A model generated the notes under the pieces. The model saw only the letters and a program-made list of their open reading frames with translations, was not told where the DNA came from and made no database searches. A program made the translations under genes and the position numbers. 64,000 bases of DNA, taken from positions 1,674,001 to 1,738,000 of the forward strand of contig OZ176055.1 in assembly GCA_964247055.1 (NCBI GenBank), in the 5' to 3' direction. This document shows, piece by piece, positions 62,330 through 64,000 of the stretch. The first letter of the stretch is position 1. Each line of letters begins with the position of its first letter. The stretch is from Paragordius varius. Taxonomy: Eukaryota; Animalia; Nematomorpha.

Positions 62330-63290
62330 TTAATGGAAATTAACTAATTTGTGTCCATCGGCTTCTTCAAATGTCTGAAGTAATATATTAATATCATGCC
62401 AGCAAAACTGGATGTCGTTTGCATCACACTATTCTTCAAAATGTTTAACGTTTTTATTATGAAGTGCTTCGGTTCGGGGTTACCCTATTGATATGAAGAT
62501 ATAATACTTAGATGGTGCCAGGTCGAGAGAAACAGCGAATGCGGAAGTTCCTATAGAAGCGTTTTTAAGGTATATTTTTATGGTTTTGCCGTGTCATATG
62601 CAGCATTATCAGTATCATGTTACCTGTCTTTCTGTTTGTTTTTCGATTATTGCAGGGTTTGAATTAATTATTTGTTGGCGACAGTGTTGAGTATAAACGG
62701 TTTTACCGGGGTTTAAAAGTTTATCATACGCAATACCACTCTCCAGACAAAAAGAACATGGTGTACTTATCGAAGCGATTTGACCTTGATGTTAATGAAC
62801 CTTGACAAGGTCGAAGCCATATTTTTTCCGCTTTGAATTTACAAAATAAAGCCATTTGTCCCCACCCTTCACAATTTAATTCGAGAACAATTTTCTTTCG
62901 TGACATTGAAGCAGGATTCCACCTATAACTTTGTCGGTTTTGATTTGCCGTTCGTTTAAATTGTTAGGACCCATCGAGTTTATTGGACTTTTCCATTGAT
63001 GACGTCTAATGGTTGTTTTTTGGGGTACATGAAATGCTTCTGCCAACTGCCGTTGAATTTGAGCCTATTCATCATATATTGACTTTTGCATTTGAGAGTT
63101 TTCATATTTTGTGGTGTACCGCGCCCACTCTTTATCGCAACTTTTAAATTTTCGAAACTATTTTAATTAGAGCATGTTCACCATATGTTTTAATAAGCAA
63201 ACGATGACTTTTACCAGCCCCTTTCTTCTGCTCAAATGCAAAAAAAATGCATGCTTCAAATGTTCTTTTTCAGGCATATCAACATAATTA
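62330..63290 (-). pseudogene. Decayed Mos1-like mariner transposase
   Basis: Minus strand, with stops and frameshifts: MPEK..IFFAFEQKKGAGKSHRLLIKTYGEHAL, QRQLAEAFHV, NNLNERQIK, SNRFDKYTM, LLNPGKTVYT, DNAAYDTAK, ELPHSL..DLAPSKY, colinear with the mariner HTH, WVPHEL, D,D34D and YSPDL regions. Confidence 0.88.
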
Positions 63291-64000
63291 AGAAATGATA
63301 AGGCAGGCTCAAATTTAGCGAATTTAGTTTTATATTATATGAAGAAAATAGGGTCTATATCATAATCGTCTGCGTACTTCTCGCTGACGTTTTCTCTTAG
63401 TTAACCAGTAATGAAATATGAATTGACCTAATAACTTTACCTTACCCATACTCATCTTGCGCATAGATAATAATTTAAGATCATGTATTGTCAAACCATA
63501 TTTATGGACAATATATATTGTGAGATACAATTATATCCCTTTTTGTACGACTTTGTACGATGAATTAATTTATTTTTCATATTATTAGAACTGCTATCTT
63601 AAATAAAATAATTTGGTAAAAAACAAGTTTTATTTTTAACATTCCCTTTAAAAATATAATAAAGCCTATGCTAAATTTCTTAAATCGATCTAAAAGATGA
63701 CTTTAGTTTAAAGAAGGAATTCAAATTTTTGAAGGTAAACAAAGATATAAGGTATCGATATTTATTAGTAAATGCTCAATTTTATATTTTGAATAGTAAA
63801 TCAACTGCTAATTATTTTTAAAGTTGATCATTTTTTAGATATTTTTGGATATGATGAATTGTTAAATTATTGAAAAAATTTTGAAAATATAAATTGGATC
63901 CATATATTTTAGAGCGCATTTAGTATTATATAGAATATGAATGACACTATATATCTAAATTTATTTCAGATATACTGATAGGTATTTGGTCATTAATTGA

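Noticed and set aside
1-64000. rRNA, tRNA or prokaryotic systems
   Set aside because: No cloverleaf, rRNA-like GC-rich block, operon or Shine-Dalgarno structure seen; all genes are spliceosomal.

Overview
Very AT-rich eukaryotic genomic DNA from a protostome animal, probably a lophotrochozoan; the species cannot be determined from this window. I reconstructed seven spliced protein-coding genes by hand from GT-AG boundaries with consistent phases. (1) The 3' exon of a putative secreted Arg/Pro-rich protein. (2) An MEA1-like gene on the minus strand. (3) A mitochondrial poly(A) polymerase (MTPAP), head-to-head with MEA1, with start codons 28 bp apart. (4) A lone UbdA-class (Lox4-like) Hox gene with a 9.7-kb first intron. 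(5) A divergent p38 MAP kinase. (6) A large unidentified Ser/Pro/Lys-rich gene on the minus strand. (7) A Lifeguard/TMBIM gene. Intergenic and intronic DNA holds at least five MITE families, two decayed mariner transposases, a Buster-type hAT element with a perfect 8-bp TSD, and a 5.9-kb nested inverted duplication. The most unusual features are a ~600-bp palindrome whose arms each carry a minimal type I hammerhead ribozyme motif (Penelope-like), the inverted duplication that contains both filled and empty transposon sites, 22-31-nt micro-introns near gene 5' ends, and a minisatellite built from a transposon end. I saw no rRNA, tRNA or CRISPR. Family assignments come from remembered motifs; no database searches were run.
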